Under the pieces are notes generated by a model that was not told where the DNA came from, ran no database searches, and saw only the letters and a program-made list of their open reading frames with translations. The position numbers and the translations under genes are program-made. DNA of 64,000 nucleotides from a bacterium. GTDB lineage: Bacteria; SAR324; NAC60-12. Below, piece after piece: positions 28,877 through 39,965 of the stretch (position 1 is its first letter; each line of letters opens with the position of its first letter). The stretch spans positions 160,001-224,000 of the forward strand of contig CBDBHR010000029.1 of the NCBI GenBank assembly GCA_965205865.1, written 5' to 3'.

Positions 28877-31800
28877 TTACTCCATCACGATCCTCACTTT
28901 TCCTGATTCCTTGCCTTTGGTGAGTTCGTCCAGGTACTGCTCGAAGCGTTTCTTCATTTCCGCTGGCGTTGCCGGTGCACCCCCGGAGAGAAGAGTGGCG
29001 CGCAGGTCATCGAACCGCAGCGGCACCTTCCGGAGACCGGAAAGCGCTTCGCTGAGGGCATGGATGAAATTCTGGTCGAGTTCGTCCGGCAAAACCTGCT
29101 TCTCGATGAAGTCGTTCAACAACTCCCTGGATTCGGGTTGGAGCAGGTGCAGGTTCTCCCTGGTGGTGGAGTCTTCCAGATTGTTCAGTATTGTCCAGGT
29201 CCAGTTGGCCAGCAGTTTGTCCAACTCGTCCTCCAAACCATCAAGGATCGTTCCGCCAGGGGCGGCAGGTGATTCCGCACCCGGTTTGTAGTTGCAGTGC
29301 GGGCAGATGGGCGAGACGATCATCTCCTGTTCGGTCAGGGCAAAGCAACTCTGCAATCCGGCCAGACGATTTTGAAAGCCGGTCAATTGTTGACTGGGCA
29401 TCAAATCGATGGAGGACAGTTTCTGCAGCACCTTGAGCCGTTCGTCTCCCATCAGTCTGGTCTTGCGCTCGTCGTCGTTCACGCCCAGCCGGGCCCTGGC
29501 GTGTAACTCCAGGTAGATCCGTACGTAGGCTTTCTTGAGTTCGCTCATTTCGCGCCGGGTCTGCTGCGGGAACATCGATGCGCCGCGCCTGTCAGGATCG
29601 ATGAGTTGATCAAGGACTGCGTCTCGTACGGCTTTCATCTTGTCCACCCATTCGTGCTCTGCGGACAGCACCGCTTCCGCAGTGGAAAGGAATGAGGCGG
29701 TGGTAGCGAGATCGGCCACCAGTGACTGGAGGGATTCAACTTCCTGCAGCGCATCGAGCCCGTCCCGGTGCGTGACGACGTCCTCATCGCTGTAACGAAG
29801 GTTCTTGAGCTTGCCGGGCGAATTGTAGACCTGCAGTGATTCCAGGAAATTCTTGGTCTCGTCAAACCGCTTGCCGAGTTCCCGCACCTCTTCCTGGCTC
29901 AGCAGGTTGCGTCCCCAGCAGGACAACCCACTTTGCAGACTCTGCTGCGCGAACACCAGTTTTTCTACATGCCTGGAAATGGCTTGCTGCAATTCCCGGA
30001 CGGGTTCATCTTTGCTCTGGGTGACCAACTGCCCCATACCGGGCGTGAGAGCAAGCAGTTCGAACAAGGCTTTGATCGCCGGGAGATTCCAGTCCCTGGG
30101 CCGTTCTATGTGTTTGAATTTGGTGAGTTCATTCAGGCCGGTCCCCGCCAACTGCGGCAGGTTGGTAGCGTCGAACTTCATGCCAGGGACGGCGAGAACC
30201 AGATCGCCTGAATAGACCAGGGCGGCCAGCACAACCACGACCCATTCCGGTTCCAGACGCAGCTGGTCTTTGTCCATATACTCCACACCCTTGTCGTCGT
30301 GAATCAACTCGGAGCGATTGACCACCTGACCGTGTCCTTTCTTTCTGAACAGCCCGAGGACGTGCCCGGCATACTTCGATTGGTCGAGATCGAAGCGTTC
30401 GCCGTCGAGCAGTTCCAGGGCATCGAGTACCGCTGTAGCCTGCCTGGTTCGCTTCTGGCCTGCGATAGCGCGCAAGGCGTCTTGCGCGGCCTGGTCCCGG
30501 TTGTCGCTGGTGATGAGCACCGAAAAGGAAGGATATTCAGGTGCCTGATCCTGGAAATGGGTTCCCAGACAAATGCCGGCGATGGTATTGACCATATCGC
30601 GGAGGTTGATACGTTCATGAGAGTCGATGCCGGACAGTTGCCGGATCGACTGACCTCTGGCCCATTCCGTGAGCGATCTGGCGCGCCCCTGGTAGGTAAC
30701 CTCGAAGGCATCGGCCATGCGCATTTGCAGCCATTGCTGCAAACTCCGCAGAAAAAGGGATGACTTGGATTGATAGGTGGAGCTGGCATACCCCGATGAG
30801 GTGGAAGACAGGTCCAGGGATGCCGCATAGTTCCTGAGAGCGGTACGGAAATCGTCGTCCATGTTGCTCAGTCTCAGGAACAACTCGTCGGAGTTCTTTT
30901 CATCCTTGAAGTGCGGAGCATCGAAGGGTTGGATGAAATAGAGGTAGAAATCCCGGGGTGGAACGACGGTGGAACGTTCGTTGGGCGCACCAAAAAAGAG
31001 GTATCCCTGACGCGAGACTTTTCTCTCCAACCATTCCAACTCATGCTGCCAGATCTTGTAACCGGTCACGTAGGTCTGGTCCGTACATTCCATGACCCTT
31101 TTCAAGGCCTCGTAGTAGTAGCGATCCAGTTGAAAGGAGTCGAGGCTCTCCGCCCGTTTTTCGACCAGCGCGTCGAAGTCGTCGGTCTTTTTCAGGTCGA
31201 GATAGAACTGCTGGTTGTCCGGGTTCGAGGAGATGAATTGCCCGCTGACCGTCCTGTGGATCTCACGCAAGACGGTTTCCACCTGGGAGAGCAGATCATC
31301 GGCCGGATCGCCACCCAGTTCTTCGATGCCCGGTTGATAGAGGCAGAGCCCGTCCCGTAGCTCCCGGGCAGTCGCGCCCAGAGAAGCGTATATGTCGCCG
31401 GTTGTCAGCCGGTGGACCGACAGGGCATGGATGATCCGTAATGCCATGGGCTTGTAAGCCGGACGCGTGAAGACCTGCCGGATGCGGGATTCCAGCACCC
31501 GGCTGCAGTCGATGACCGCCCTGATATCCGGAACAGCGCGGAACGAAGGGTTCTCCCGTAAATTGGTCCAATACCCGTCGTAGGCGATGAGCCCGGGTCG
31601 ATCGTTCGGCATGTCCTGGTCGAGCATATTTTTCATGGCCGACGAGAGCGTCTTCAAAACCTCACGCTTCTCCACGGCAGTCACTCGCTCGAAGGTGTCG
31701 ACGTAGTCCGGATGTACCGGAAAGAGGCGGACAAACTCATCCATGCGTTCGTTCATGAGTCCGTAAAATTTGCCGAAGGGTGTCAGGTACTCGCGTATCT

Positions 31801-32605
31801 TGGTCTGCTGTTCACCGGTCTTCTTGAGCAGCCGTTCTGCTACCACGAATTTGATATCGCTACGGACGATAAGAACCTGCTCAAAGCGATCCTTCACCCG
31901 GCGGATGCTGTCCGCGACGAAGGAAAAACGCGGGCTGTCGAAAATGGCTTCCTGTACTCCCGCCATGAAGCGGAAACGCAGGTCCTTGCAAACCTCACCA
32001 ATTTCACGAAGGAAATTCAGGTCCAGGATGAGTTCCTGGTCCCTGCGGCTGCGCAGGTAATCAAGCAACTCGTCCACCACGAGAAGCAGACCATGGTCCG
32101 GGAACTCCCGGTGGAAAGCAGACATCATTTCTTCAAAGGACGGTTTGTTGTTGGACACCTGTTCGGCAGAGGGGAAGCCATAGTTCACGCCCATTGCCGT
32201 GAGATGCTCTTCCAACTCGGCTACGAGGATGTCCCGCAGGGACATGGTGGTGGCTCCGATCTCGGTACGGATCACCTTGAAGCGGCCAGCGATTTTTCCG
32301 GCAGCGTTCGCTACTTCGGTGTTGTTGAGGCTGGCGGCAAGGTCAGGGTTCTCAGCGAACCCGGAAATCGCCGACAAGAGGTGGGACTTACCGGTGCCGT
32401 AGTTGCCGACCACCAGCAGGCCTTTGTTGTCGGTGGGCTGCTCGAATTGCAACTGGGGGATAACCAGCTGCGCCAGTTTTTCCGCCATCTCCTCGGAGAT
32501 AACGTAGGTTTCGACAAGCCGTCGGACTGCAGTCGCCTCGTTGGCATCTCGCAGTTGGACGACAGACTCGATGGGCTCGAAGCGGATCAGGTCACCGTAT
32601 TTCAT
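28877..32605 (-). CDS. brxC: BREX-3 large P-loop ATPase BrxC/PglY (DUF6079 family)
   Basis: [18 protein letters not shown], Walker [26 protein letters not shown]-terminal CPHC and KVRIVME. Confidence 0.9.
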   Translation of the reverse strand: MKYGDLIRFEPIESVVQLRDANEATAVRRLVETYVISEEMAEKLAQLVIPQLQFEQPTDNKGLLVVGNYGTGKSHLLSAISGFAENPDLAASLNNTEVANAAGKIAGRFKVIRTEIGATTMSLRDILVAELEEHLTAMGVNYGFPSAEQVSNNKPSFEEMMSAFHREFPDHGLLLVVDELLDYLRSRRDQELILDLNFLREIGEVCKDLRFRFMAGVQEAIFDSPRFSFVADSIRRVKDRFEQVLIVRSDIKFVVAERLLKKTGEQQTKIREYLTPFGKFYGLMNERMDEFVRLFPVHPDYVDTFERVTAVEKREVLKTLSSAMKNMLDQDMPNDRPGLIAYDGYWTNLRENPSFRAVPDIRAVIDCSRVLESRIRQVFTRPAYKPMALRIIHALSVHRLTTGDIYASLGATARELRDGLCLYQPGIEELGGDPADDLLSQVETVLREIHRTVSGQFISSNPDNQQFYLDLKKTDDFDALVEKRAESLDSFQLDRYYYEALKRVMECTDQTYVTGYKIWQHELEWLERKVSRQGYLFFGAPNERSTVVPPRDFYLYFIQPFDAPHFKDEKNSDELFLRLSNMDDDFRTALRNYAASLDLSSTSSGYASSTYQSKSSLFLRSLQQWLQMRMADAFEVTYQGRARSLTEWARGQSIRQLSGIDSHERINLRDMVNTIAGICLGTHFQDQAPEYPSFSVLITSDNRDQAAQDALRAIAGQKRTRQATAVLDALELLDGERFDLDQSKYAGHVLGLFRKKGHGQVVNRSELIHDDKGVEYMDKDQLRLEPEWVVVVLAALVYSGDLVLAVPGMKFDATNLPQLAGTGLNELTKFKHIERPRDWNLPAIKALFELLALTPGMGQLVTQSKDEPVRELQQAISRHVEKLVFAQQSLQSGLSCWGRNLLSQEEVRELGKRFDETKNFLESLQVYNSPGKLKNLRYSDEDVVTHRDGLDALQEVESLQSLVADLATTASFLSTAEAVLSAEHEWVDKMKAVRDAVLDQLIDPDRRGASMFPQQTRREMSELKKAYVRIYLELHARARLGVNDDERKTRLMGDERLKVLQKLSSIDLMPSQQLTGFQNRLAGLQSCFALTEQEMIVSPICPHCNYKPGAESPAAPGGTILDGLEDELDKLLANWTWTILNNLEDSTTRENLHLLQPESRELLNDFIEKQVLPDELDQNFIHALSEALSGLRKVPLRFDDLRATLLSGGAPATPAEMKKRFEQYLDELTKGKESGKVRIVME

Positions 32606-32639
32606 CACGTCTGCTCTCTGGCAATTGAATTTGCCGTCT

Positions 32640-33116
32640 TCAAATCGTCAACTGTGGACTTATCACTAAAAAATCGCGCACCGGATAGCGTCTGTACTCC
32701 GCATGCGCGGGAGAGGCATAGGTTAAAAATTCTTCAACGACAGCGCCGTTCCAGGCGACCACCACGGTCTTGTTGCGGGAGAGGCCCTGGAGCAGACGCA
32801 GCGGATCCTGTTTCAGGCCGACGTCGAAGATGATTTCAACGTTGTCGAGCAGGATCATCTCTTCACCGACATTGCCGACGATCTCACGAAGAAGCCGGGG
32901 CAACCGCAAGGCTCGCTGGCGCTCGGTCAGTTCCAGCATCCGGCGGGAAAGCTCGAGGTTTACGTTCACCAGGGGCGCTCCGCTGCGATCCCGCACGTCC
33001 CGCAATGCAGTGGTTTTGCCGGCGCCCGCCCGCGCGACGACCACTACCAGCCGGTGATATAATCCGGCAGCCTGCTTGACCTTTCGCATGATTTGGTCGG
33101 CAAGGGGGTCCACCAT
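32640..33116 (-). CDS. brxF: BREX-3 small P-loop protein BrxF
   Basis: [56 protein letters not shown]. Confidence 0.9.
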   Translation of the reverse strand: MVDPLADQIMRKVKQAAGLYHRLVVVVARAGAGKTTALRDVRDRSGAPLVNVNLELSRRMLELTERQRALRLPRLLREIVGNVGEEMILLDNVEIIFDVGLKQDPLRLLQGLSRNKTVVVAWNGAVVEEFLTYASPAHAEYRRYPVRDFLVISPQLTI

Positions 33117-33553
33117 CACTCTTCTGCTTTGGATTTTGCTTCTTCAGCCCGAGTTTCGTCCAAACACCGGTCTGTGGCTTCTTCCTTTCCCTTGCTCACG
33201 GAGGAAACCGCTTCTTTTGGCTCAGGTCTTGAAGAAGAGTCACCGGTTTTTTCAATGGCATCGGCCATTGCGTCTATTTTAGGCGTTGACGACCAATCAT
33301 AGGGTAGCTGGAAACCATCTTTGACTTCTTTTAAATCGCTTTCTATCGAGTTTTTAATGTCTTTTAAATGGGTTTCTTCAGCAACCTTATCCATCTCATC
33401 CTGAACAGTTTGTTTGATTTCATTGCTCGTCCGCTTGAACTCCGCCAGACCTCGCCCGAGAGAACGCAAAAAACCAGGAAATTTTTGCGGACCAATCACG
33501 ACCAGGGCAATCGCTAAAATAATTATCAATTCAGGCATGCCGATGCCAAACAT
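33116..33553 (-). CDS. tatB: Twin-arginine translocase TatA/TatB family subunit
   Basis: MFGIGMPELIIILAIALVVIGPQKFP...LGRGLAEFKR with charged tail; TatB vs TatA not certain. Confidence 0.8.
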   Translation of the reverse strand: MFGIGMPELIIILAIALVVIGPQKFPGFLRSLGRGLAEFKRTSNEIKQTVQDEMDKVAEETHLKDIKNSIESDLKEVKDGFQLPYDWSSTPKIDAMADAIEKTGDSSSRPEPKEAVSSVSKGKEEATDRCLDETRAEEAKSKAEE

Positions 33554-33759
33554 AACATTCCTTGAACTGGCGCGAGACAAGATGATGATTTAAATTCCAG
33601 ACTCTATCTTGAATTCAGGGAAAAATAAAGCACCTATCGTAAGTAATCATGATTTCCGCAAGATTCCAGCAAACCTGAAAAAGATTTGTGTTTTTTCACA
33701 TTCAAAAATACTAATGAGGACAGGTGGCATGTTACAGCGATTTTCCGGAGAGTGTCCCA

Positions 33760-35271
33760 ATGACTGCAAAAATCAAGATCCCTCTGATCGAAAAGGCGGC
33801 TTCGTACGGGGACAAAACCGCCATTGTCGACCAGCAGGGCAAACATAGTTACGAAAAATTATTGAAAGCCGCTCGAAGGACGGCATCCGTGTTGCTTGCC
33901 GGTGACGATGACTTGAAGGAAAGGCGAGTCGCTTTCCTGGTTCCCTCCGGTTTTGATTATGTGATGGTTCAATGGGGAATTTGGCTGGCCGGTGGCATTG
34001 CGGTTCCGCTTTGTCTTTCCCATCCTTTTCCTGAATTGGAATATGTCCTGGCAAATTCCGAAGCCGATCTTCTGGTCGGGCACGAGCAGTTCCGTGGTAG
34101 CGCGCAAGCTCTTGCTCGAAAATTTGCAGTGAAGTCAGTTTTTATCCGGGATCTCAAAGCAGATCAAGAGATACAGCTACCCGCGGTCCATTCGAATCGC
34201 AAGGCGATGATTCTGTATACCAGCGGCACCACCAGTCGTCCCAAAGGTGTTGTGACCACGCACGGTATCATTTCCGCGCAAATCGAGTGTCTGATCGATG
34301 CCTGGGGTTGGCGGGACAATGATTATATTTTGCATGTCCTCCCGCTCCATCATGTCCATGGGATCATCAACGTCCTCTCATGCGCACTGTGGAGCGGAGC
34401 CACTTGCGAGATTTTGCCCAAATTTGATGCTGAAACAGTTTGGCATAAATTCTTCAATGAACCATTCACGTTGTTTATGGCCGTCCCTACGATTTACGTC
34501 AAATTGATCGCATACTGGCAGGAAGCGTCTGCAAGAGATCAGCAGCGATTCTCTTCAGCCTGCGCCAAATTGCGTTTGATGGTTTCCGGTTCGGCAGCTT
34601 TGCCGGTCCGTGTTTTTGAATCGTGGCGATTCATCAGCGGACACACTTTATTGGAGAGGTATGGCATGACCGAAATCGGAATGGCTCTTTCCAATCCTTT
34701 GCATGGGGAGCGCAGACCCGGCTACGTGGGGGTTCCTTTACCCGGGGTGACGGTGCGGCTGGTTGATGAAAAAGATAATGCGATCACGGAAGAAAGGGTT
34801 CCCGGGGAAATCCAAGCGCAAGGGAAAACTATTTTTGTGGAATACTGGAATGATCCTGACGCCACCCGGCAATCGTTCAGGAACAAATGGTTTTGCACGG
34901 GAGACACGGCGGTGATCGAAGAGGGATATTTTCGCATTTTGGGTAGGAATTCGGTCGACATCATCAAATCGGGAGGATTCAAAATTTCGGCCCTTGAAAT
35001 TGAGGATACCCTTCAGGAGCATCCGGCAATCAGCGAATGCTCCGTAGTCGGAAGCTCTGATTTGGAGTGGGGTGAGCGGGTTTCGGCAGCCGTTGTTTTG
35101 CAACCCGATGCCTCTCTATCGTTAGAAGCATTGAGAGAATGGGGGAAAACCCGTTTGGCGCCTTATAAGGTTCCCAGCCATTTATCGATTGTTGCAACTC
35201 TGCCACGCAATACAATGGGCAAAGTGATGAAACAGGAGGTCAAGCGGCTGTTTAGGGCTAGTACGTCCTGA
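33760..35271 (+). CDS. Acyl-CoA synthetase (malonyl-CoA synthetase MatB/ACSF3-like)
   Basis: YTSGTTSRPKG, LPLHHVHG, LLERYGMTE, GRNSVDIIKSGG, LPRNTMGKV. Confidence 0.88.
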   Translation: MTAKIKIPLIEKAASYGDKTAIVDQQGKHSYEKLLKAARRTASVLLAGDDDLKERRVAFLVPSGFDYVMVQWGIWLAGGIAVPLCLSHPFPELEYVLANSEADLLVGHEQFRGSAQALARKFAVKSVFIRDLKADQEIQLPAVHSNRKAMILYTSGTTSRPKGVVTTHGIISAQIECLIDAWGWRDNDYILHVLPLHHVHGIINVLSCALWSGATCEILPKFDAETVWHKFFNEPFTLFMAVPTIYVKLIAYWQEASARDQQRFSSACAKLRLMVSGSAALPVRVFESWRFISGHTLLERYGMTEIGMALSNPLHGERRPGYVGVPLPGVTVRLVDEKDNAITEERVPGEIQAQGKTIFVEYWNDPDATRQSFRNKWFCTGDTAVIEEGYFRILGRNSVDIIKSGGFKISALEIEDTLQEHPAISECSVVGSSDLEWGERVSAAVVLQPDASLSLEALREWGKTRLAPYKVPSHLSIVATLPRNTMGKVMKQEVKRLFRASTS

Positions 35272-35289
35272 AAGTGCCGGCTGCGCTCC

Positions 35290-35922
35290 TCAACGTGTTT
35301 TTTCGGGATATTCACATTCCTGCGCAATCGGACATTGGAGACAGTCCGGTTTTCTGGCTTTGCATACGTAGCGGCCGTGCAGTACCAGATAATGATGGGC
35401 ATCTTTTTTCCATTTCCGGGGAATCACCTCCATCAGTTGTTCTTCCACTTTTTCCGGTATGTTTGCCGAAGCAAGGCCAATGCGGTTGGCAACCCTGAGG
35501 ACGTGGGTATCCACTGCAATGACAGCCTCGCCAAAAGCAGTGTTGAGGATGATATTGGCTGTTTTTCTTCCCACACCCGGCAATCCTTCCAGTTCCTCAC
35601 GATTGTGGGGCACGGAGCTGTCATGTTGCTCCGCCAGGATCCGGCTGGTTTTGACGATGTTCGCTGCTTTCGTCTTTGCCAACCCAATGGTTTTGATGAT
35701 TGCCAATACCACTCTCTCCCCCGCGTTTGTTAGATCTTGTGGTGTCGGATATTTTTCAAACAGGGTGGGGGTCACCAGATTTACCGACTTATCGGTTGCC
35801 TGCGCGCTGAGAATTACGGAGATTAAAAGCTCGAAAGGATTGCGGTGCCGCAATTCCGTGACGGGTTCCGGGATGGCTTTCTGCAATTTCTGAAACAAGC
35901 GATGGATTTTTCTATCATTCAT
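35290..35922 (-). CDS. nth: Endonuclease III
   Basis: LSAQATD, HhH LPGVGRKTAN, VDTH, 4Fe-4S motif CKARKPDCLQCPIAQEC. Confidence 0.97.
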   Translation of the reverse strand: MNDRKIHRLFQKLQKAIPEPVTELRHRNPFELLISVILSAQATDKSVNLVTPTLFEKYPTPQDLTNAGERVVLAIIKTIGLAKTKAANIVKTSRILAEQHDSSVPHNREELEGLPGVGRKTANIILNTAFGEAVIAVDTHVLRVANRIGLASANIPEKVEEQLMEVIPRKWKKDAHHYLVLHGRYVCKARKPDCLQCPIAQECEYPEKTR

Positions 35923-37324
35923 CAGGTGTTTCCAAGAATGTCTGATGGATCACTTGCAGAGCCTCGAGGGCATCCTCCTGCTTGATGACGCAGGAAATGT
36001 TGATCTCCGACGCGCCTTGCGTAATCATCTCGATATTGATGCTATTTCGAGCCAGGGCTGAGAACATCCTCCCTGCCACTCCAGGTACGCGTTTCATATT
36101 TTCACCCACCAGACTGAGGATGGCCCGGTCTGGAATGATCGTCACCTTGCCCAATTTACGGAGATCTTCTTCCATCTCCAACAATCCACTCTGACGGTCC
36201 ACAGTGCAAGAAATATTGACCTCCGAAGTCGATACCAGGTCGATCACGATTCGATGTTTCCTGAAGATCTCAAAAACTCTTGCCATGAACCCCGGAGAAT
36301 TCAGCATGCGGTTGGAATAGATGTTGATGACGGTGATATCACTCTTTGCCGTCACGGCAACTGCCGTCCGTTCCGGGCGGAGTTTCTGATATAAGGGCGT
36401 CGTGGCGACTTCCTGAGGTAGAATGACAGTTCCCGGTTTTTGCGGGGCAAAGGTATTTTTGATTCGAATGGGAACAGAACTCGCCATTGCGCATTCCATT
36501 GTGAAGGGATGCAGGACTTCCGAGCCAAAATAAGTCAATTCAGCAGCCTCATTGGGAAAAATATGATCAAGTACTTTTGCCGCCGGTACTTTGTTGGGGT
36601 CTGCCGTGAAGACGCCATCCACTTCCTTCCAAATCTGCAATTCCCTGGCACGGCAATGAGCGGCAATCAACGCCGCGGTGAAATCAGTGTAGCCACGGCC
36701 CACACCGGCAATGATTCCCTCAGTCACAAAACCAAAAAAACCTGTAACAACCGGAATTGTCCCTTGCTCCTCGGGTAGCTTTTGGGCGATGAGCCGCTGC
36801 AGCTTCACATTGAATTGCGGGTCAATCCCGTCCAGACCATGGGGTGCGATTTCCGATAGATTCACATAAACGCTCTCCATTCCCCACTCCTCTAAAATAC
36901 CGGAAAGGACCTGGGCCGACAAACGCTCTCCTGTGCCAACAATGAGATCTTGAGAACGAGGAGAAATTTCCCGGATCACATGGATAGCTTCCAAGAAAGA
37001 CTTCAAATGTTGGAGTTCTTCGTGGATATCCGTTTCCACTCTATCCCGCAATGCAACTGAATGTATGGACTGCTCCAAAACATCAAAATGAGTGTTTTCT
37101 ATAAGCTCTATTATTTTAGAATAGTCTTTTCCTCCAATGGAATTTTCTCCTGCCTGAAGAAGCCGGCTCGTGATCCCTTCAGATTTTTTGTAGGTGCTCA
37201 TGGCCGAAACAACGACGATGACCGAATGACGCTCGGCTGTTTGCCGGACGATGTTCGCAACCTGTTGCAGACGCTCTGCACGCCCTAAACTGGTTCCACC
37301 AAATTTTTGAACGATCAAAGACAT
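35915..37324 (-). CDS. lysC: Aspartate kinase
   Basis: VQKFGGTS, GRGYTD, VDGVFTADP, two ACT domains (STSEVNIS, GASEINIS). Confidence 0.95.
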   Translation of the reverse strand: MSLIVQKFGGTSLGRAERLQQVANIVRQTAERHSVIVVVSAMSTYKKSEGITSRLLQAGENSIGGKDYSKIIELIENTHFDVLEQSIHSVALRDRVETDIHEELQHLKSFLEAIHVIREISPRSQDLIVGTGERLSAQVLSGILEEWGMESVYVNLSEIAPHGLDGIDPQFNVKLQRLIAQKLPEEQGTIPVVTGFFGFVTEGIIAGVGRGYTDFTAALIAAHCRARELQIWKEVDGVFTADPNKVPAAKVLDHIFPNEAAELTYFGSEVLHPFTMECAMASSVPIRIKNTFAPQKPGTVILPQEVATTPLYQKLRPERTAVAVTAKSDITVINIYSNRMLNSPGFMARVFEIFRKHRIVIDLVSTSEVNISCTVDRQSGLLEMEEDLRKLGKVTIIPDRAILSLVGENMKRVPGVAGRMFSALARNSINIEMITQGASEINISCVIKQEDALEALQVIHQTFLETPDE

Positions 37325-37450
37325 GGAATGCGCAGTATTATGGAGTAAGGATTTTGAATTGACTCTGCAGCGGAAAAGATTAAACCTGCAATTATTACCA
37401 TTTCTTCATGGTTTTGAAAAGTGTTTATCCACCTTGCTCCACGGGGACAA

Positions 37451-38062
37451 ATGGAGGAGAAGCCACTTCCGATGATTGCACTCACAGGAGGGATTGCTTC
37501 CGGGAAAAGCACTGTTGCGGAATATTTGAGAAAACAGGGCTTTCATGTGATTGACGCAGACAAGTTGGGTCACCGGGTTCTGGAGTGCGGACAACCTTCC
37601 TACCATAAAATCGTTGAAACATTTGGGGAGGAAATCTTGAATCAAGACGCATCGATCAATCGCCGGATATTGGGAAACATTGTTTTCAACAATCCCCGTA
37701 AATTGAAAAAACTGAATCAGATCTCCCATCCCTTGATCAGGAGCATGATATCGGAAGAAATGGAAGAATTCGCTTCGCATTCCAGAGCAGGTTTGATATT
37801 TTTGGAAGCAGCGCTCTTGCAGGAAACCAATTTTATTACCAGGTTTCAGCAAATATGGGTCGTGGAAACAAATCCGGCCATTGCCATGGCTCGTTTGGGC
37901 CGGCGGAATCAATTCACGCCTGAAGAAGCAAAAGCGCGCCTGAACGCCCAACTGAACAACGAAGCCCGCCGCAAGCAAGCGGACGTTGTGATTGAAAATA
38001 ACGGCTCACTGCCAGCTTTGCATCAGCAAGTGGACGCAATATTGACGAAAATGGCGCTTTAG
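37451..38062 (+). CDS. coaE: Dephospho-CoA kinase
   Basis: LTGGIASGKSTV, IDADKLGH, ADVVIENNG; start approximate. Confidence 0.94.
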   Translation: MEEKPLPMIALTGGIASGKSTVAEYLRKQGFHVIDADKLGHRVLECGQPSYHKIVETFGEEILNQDASINRRILGNIVFNNPRKLKKLNQISHPLIRSMISEEMEEFASHSRAGLIFLEAALLQETNFITRFQQIWVVETNPAIAMARLGRRNQFTPEEAKARLNAQLNNEARRKQADVVIENNGSLPALHQQVDAILTKMAL

Positions 38063-38071
38063 AAACCTGGA

Positions 38072-39076
38072 ATGCTTTCCACTACTCTCATCGTTGATGA
38101 ATTTGCAAGAAGAGGTAGAGTGGGCTTGTTCTGGAAAAAAATCGCCCCCCGTTTCATGGACCAAATGGCGCCTGCCCGCCTCTTGCAGACCCATTCGGAA
38201 AATTCAGTGTCAAGTCTGGTTGAAAATGCGGTGCAAGGAGGAGCAAAGAAGATTATCCTGATTGGAGACCAACGCAGTCATTTTGTGGGAATCAACTCTT
38301 TGATGCGCCTTCCACAAGAAATACGCAATAAAATGGCAATTGGCTTTTGGCCACTCCGGGACTGGGACATGCTGGTCTATTCTGCGAATCCAAGGGGGTG
38401 TTTGGAATCCGTTGCCCGGATTTTTAAAGCAGGCCATACCTGTCCTGTTGATTTGGGGAAAGTGGAATTGATCCGTGATGATCAAACACCTCATGTCTTG
38501 TATTTTTGGGGACAATGTGATTTCTCATACGTGGAAGACGTGGGGAACCCGGTTGCTTCGCCACTTTTTCTCACGCGTTTAATCCCATTTCACATCCCGG
38601 TGCAGGGGTATTTGCAGACGGAGTACCAGAGTTTTCATGGCAGTGGTGGATTGAATGTCCGCATTGGGGTACATCCAAACAGGCTTCATTCCCTCCACGC
38701 GCTTCCTGAGGATTTGAAAAAAACCCAAAAATTTCTCCTACTCTGGCAGCAAGGGATCTCTTATCGAGGCCACTGGATTCGCTATCCCTGGTCAACCCTG
38801 GGAATAAAGCATCAAGGATTGGCCCAGACTGCGCGGAAAAGTTGTTTGATAGTCAAGTTTCAAGCAACAAACGATCCACTGTCTTTGAGATTGGATGAAC
38901 AGCGGCACCGCTGTACCAACGCTACTTTTGAAATTGCTCGTAATGCCCTGCCTGTCATTACTAAAATGGTTCCCGCAGCTTTACCGGAAACCGCCCAAAG
39001 CGTGCCTTCCGCGATCAAACTTGGAGGTGCAATGACAAACTGGAAAACCTCGCGAAAAACTGATTGGTTCCAATAA
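38072..39076 (+). CDS. Divergent diacylglycerol-kinase-like protein
   Basis: KIILIGD, IGFWP and VDLGKV fall at DAGK-like positions, but there is no GGDG motif. Confidence 0.45.
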   Translation: MLSTTLIVDEFARRGRVGLFWKKIAPRFMDQMAPARLLQTHSENSVSSLVENAVQGGAKKIILIGDQRSHFVGINSLMRLPQEIRNKMAIGFWPLRDWDMLVYSANPRGCLESVARIFKAGHTCPVDLGKVELIRDDQTPHVLYFWGQCDFSYVEDVGNPVASPLFLTRLIPFHIPVQGYLQTEYQSFHGSGGLNVRIGVHPNRLHSLHALPEDLKKTQKFLLLWQQGISYRGHWIRYPWSTLGIKHQGLAQTARKSCLIVKFQATNDPLSLRLDEQRHRCTNATFEIARNALPVITKMVPAALPETAQSVPSAIKLGGAMTNWKTSRKTDWFQ

Positions 39077-39237
39077 GAAGGGGGAGACTGACCAAATTGA
39101 GTAGCGGGAGCGATGCCTGAATGGCTTGTGCGGCTGCAAGCGTAAAAGGCAGACCGTTCTGAATGATCTTTAAACGGCCGGCCTGAGAATACAATTCAGC
39201 AAAAGGACAGCGCGGAATATGATTAACAAAGGGTGGT

Positions 39238-39717
39238 TTATTTCCCATACCCTGTTGCCTTATTTTCTTGGGAGACGCCTTCCAACAATTTCGAGTCCTT
39301 GGCGGGCAGTTTTTTGGGATCTTTGTTGTTGGATTTTCCTTCCACCGAAATCAGTTTTTTCGGAGCTTCATAGGTGAAGCACTGTCCTTCGATCACAGCG
39401 CCTTCATGGATGATCAGTTTCCCGGGAGGATTGGAGACGTTGCCCACAATGTGTCCTTCCGCAAGCACCTCCAATTGGTCCCTGGCAAACAAACTCCCTT
39501 CCACTCTACCATTGACCAACACTCGCTCCGCATGGATTGTTGCCATAATGGTGGCGGAGGGGCCGATTGTCACTTCATTCTGGCAGTCGATATCGCCATG
39601 AACTTCTCCATCAATACGAATCGCGCCCGAACACCGAAGTTTCCCTTCGATCTTCATCCCGTCGCCAACATAAGTGGTGTTGGCGTTACTGATTGTCTTT
39701 CTTTTATTAGCAAACAA
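39238..39717 (-). CDS. Bactofilin (polymer-forming cytoskeletal protein)
   Basis: IEGKL...IRIDGEVHGDI...VNGRVEG...IHEGAVIEGQC beta-helix repeats. Confidence 0.9.
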   Translation of the reverse strand: MFANKRKTISNANTTYVGDGMKIEGKLRCSGAIRIDGEVHGDIDCQNEVTIGPSATIMATIHAERVLVNGRVEGSLFARDQLEVLAEGHIVGNVSNPPGKLIIHEGAVIEGQCFTYEAPKKLISVEGKSNNKDPKKLPAKDSKLLEGVSQENKATGYGK

Positions 39718-39965
39718 GATTGTCTCCTATTCAAAATCGAATGTATAAAGAAGGCCTCTCCTATCCTTGGAAGAGATTGAATACCTTCATTATAATTTTA
39801 TACCTGAGATGACAGACAATATGCAAACTTCTTTTTGTTCGAAACGCCGACTTTCTCGCAGCGTCGGATTTTTCCAGGGGGGAAACCTTGAGGATGGGGA
39901 AAAAGCATGTTAAGACATTGCTATCGAATTTCAATACAAACCATGTCGACGGAGTTTGCAGCATC

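Larger units (their letters stand above)
7681..33116 (-). mobile_element. Horizontally acquired defence island: BREX type 3 backbone with nested cargo cassettes; no integrase seen
   Basis: Co-directional run of defence-type genes. Sharp composition step at the right edge (hand count: 40/60 G+C in 33001-33060 vs 21/60 in 33301-33360). Left edge approximate. Confidence 0.75.
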
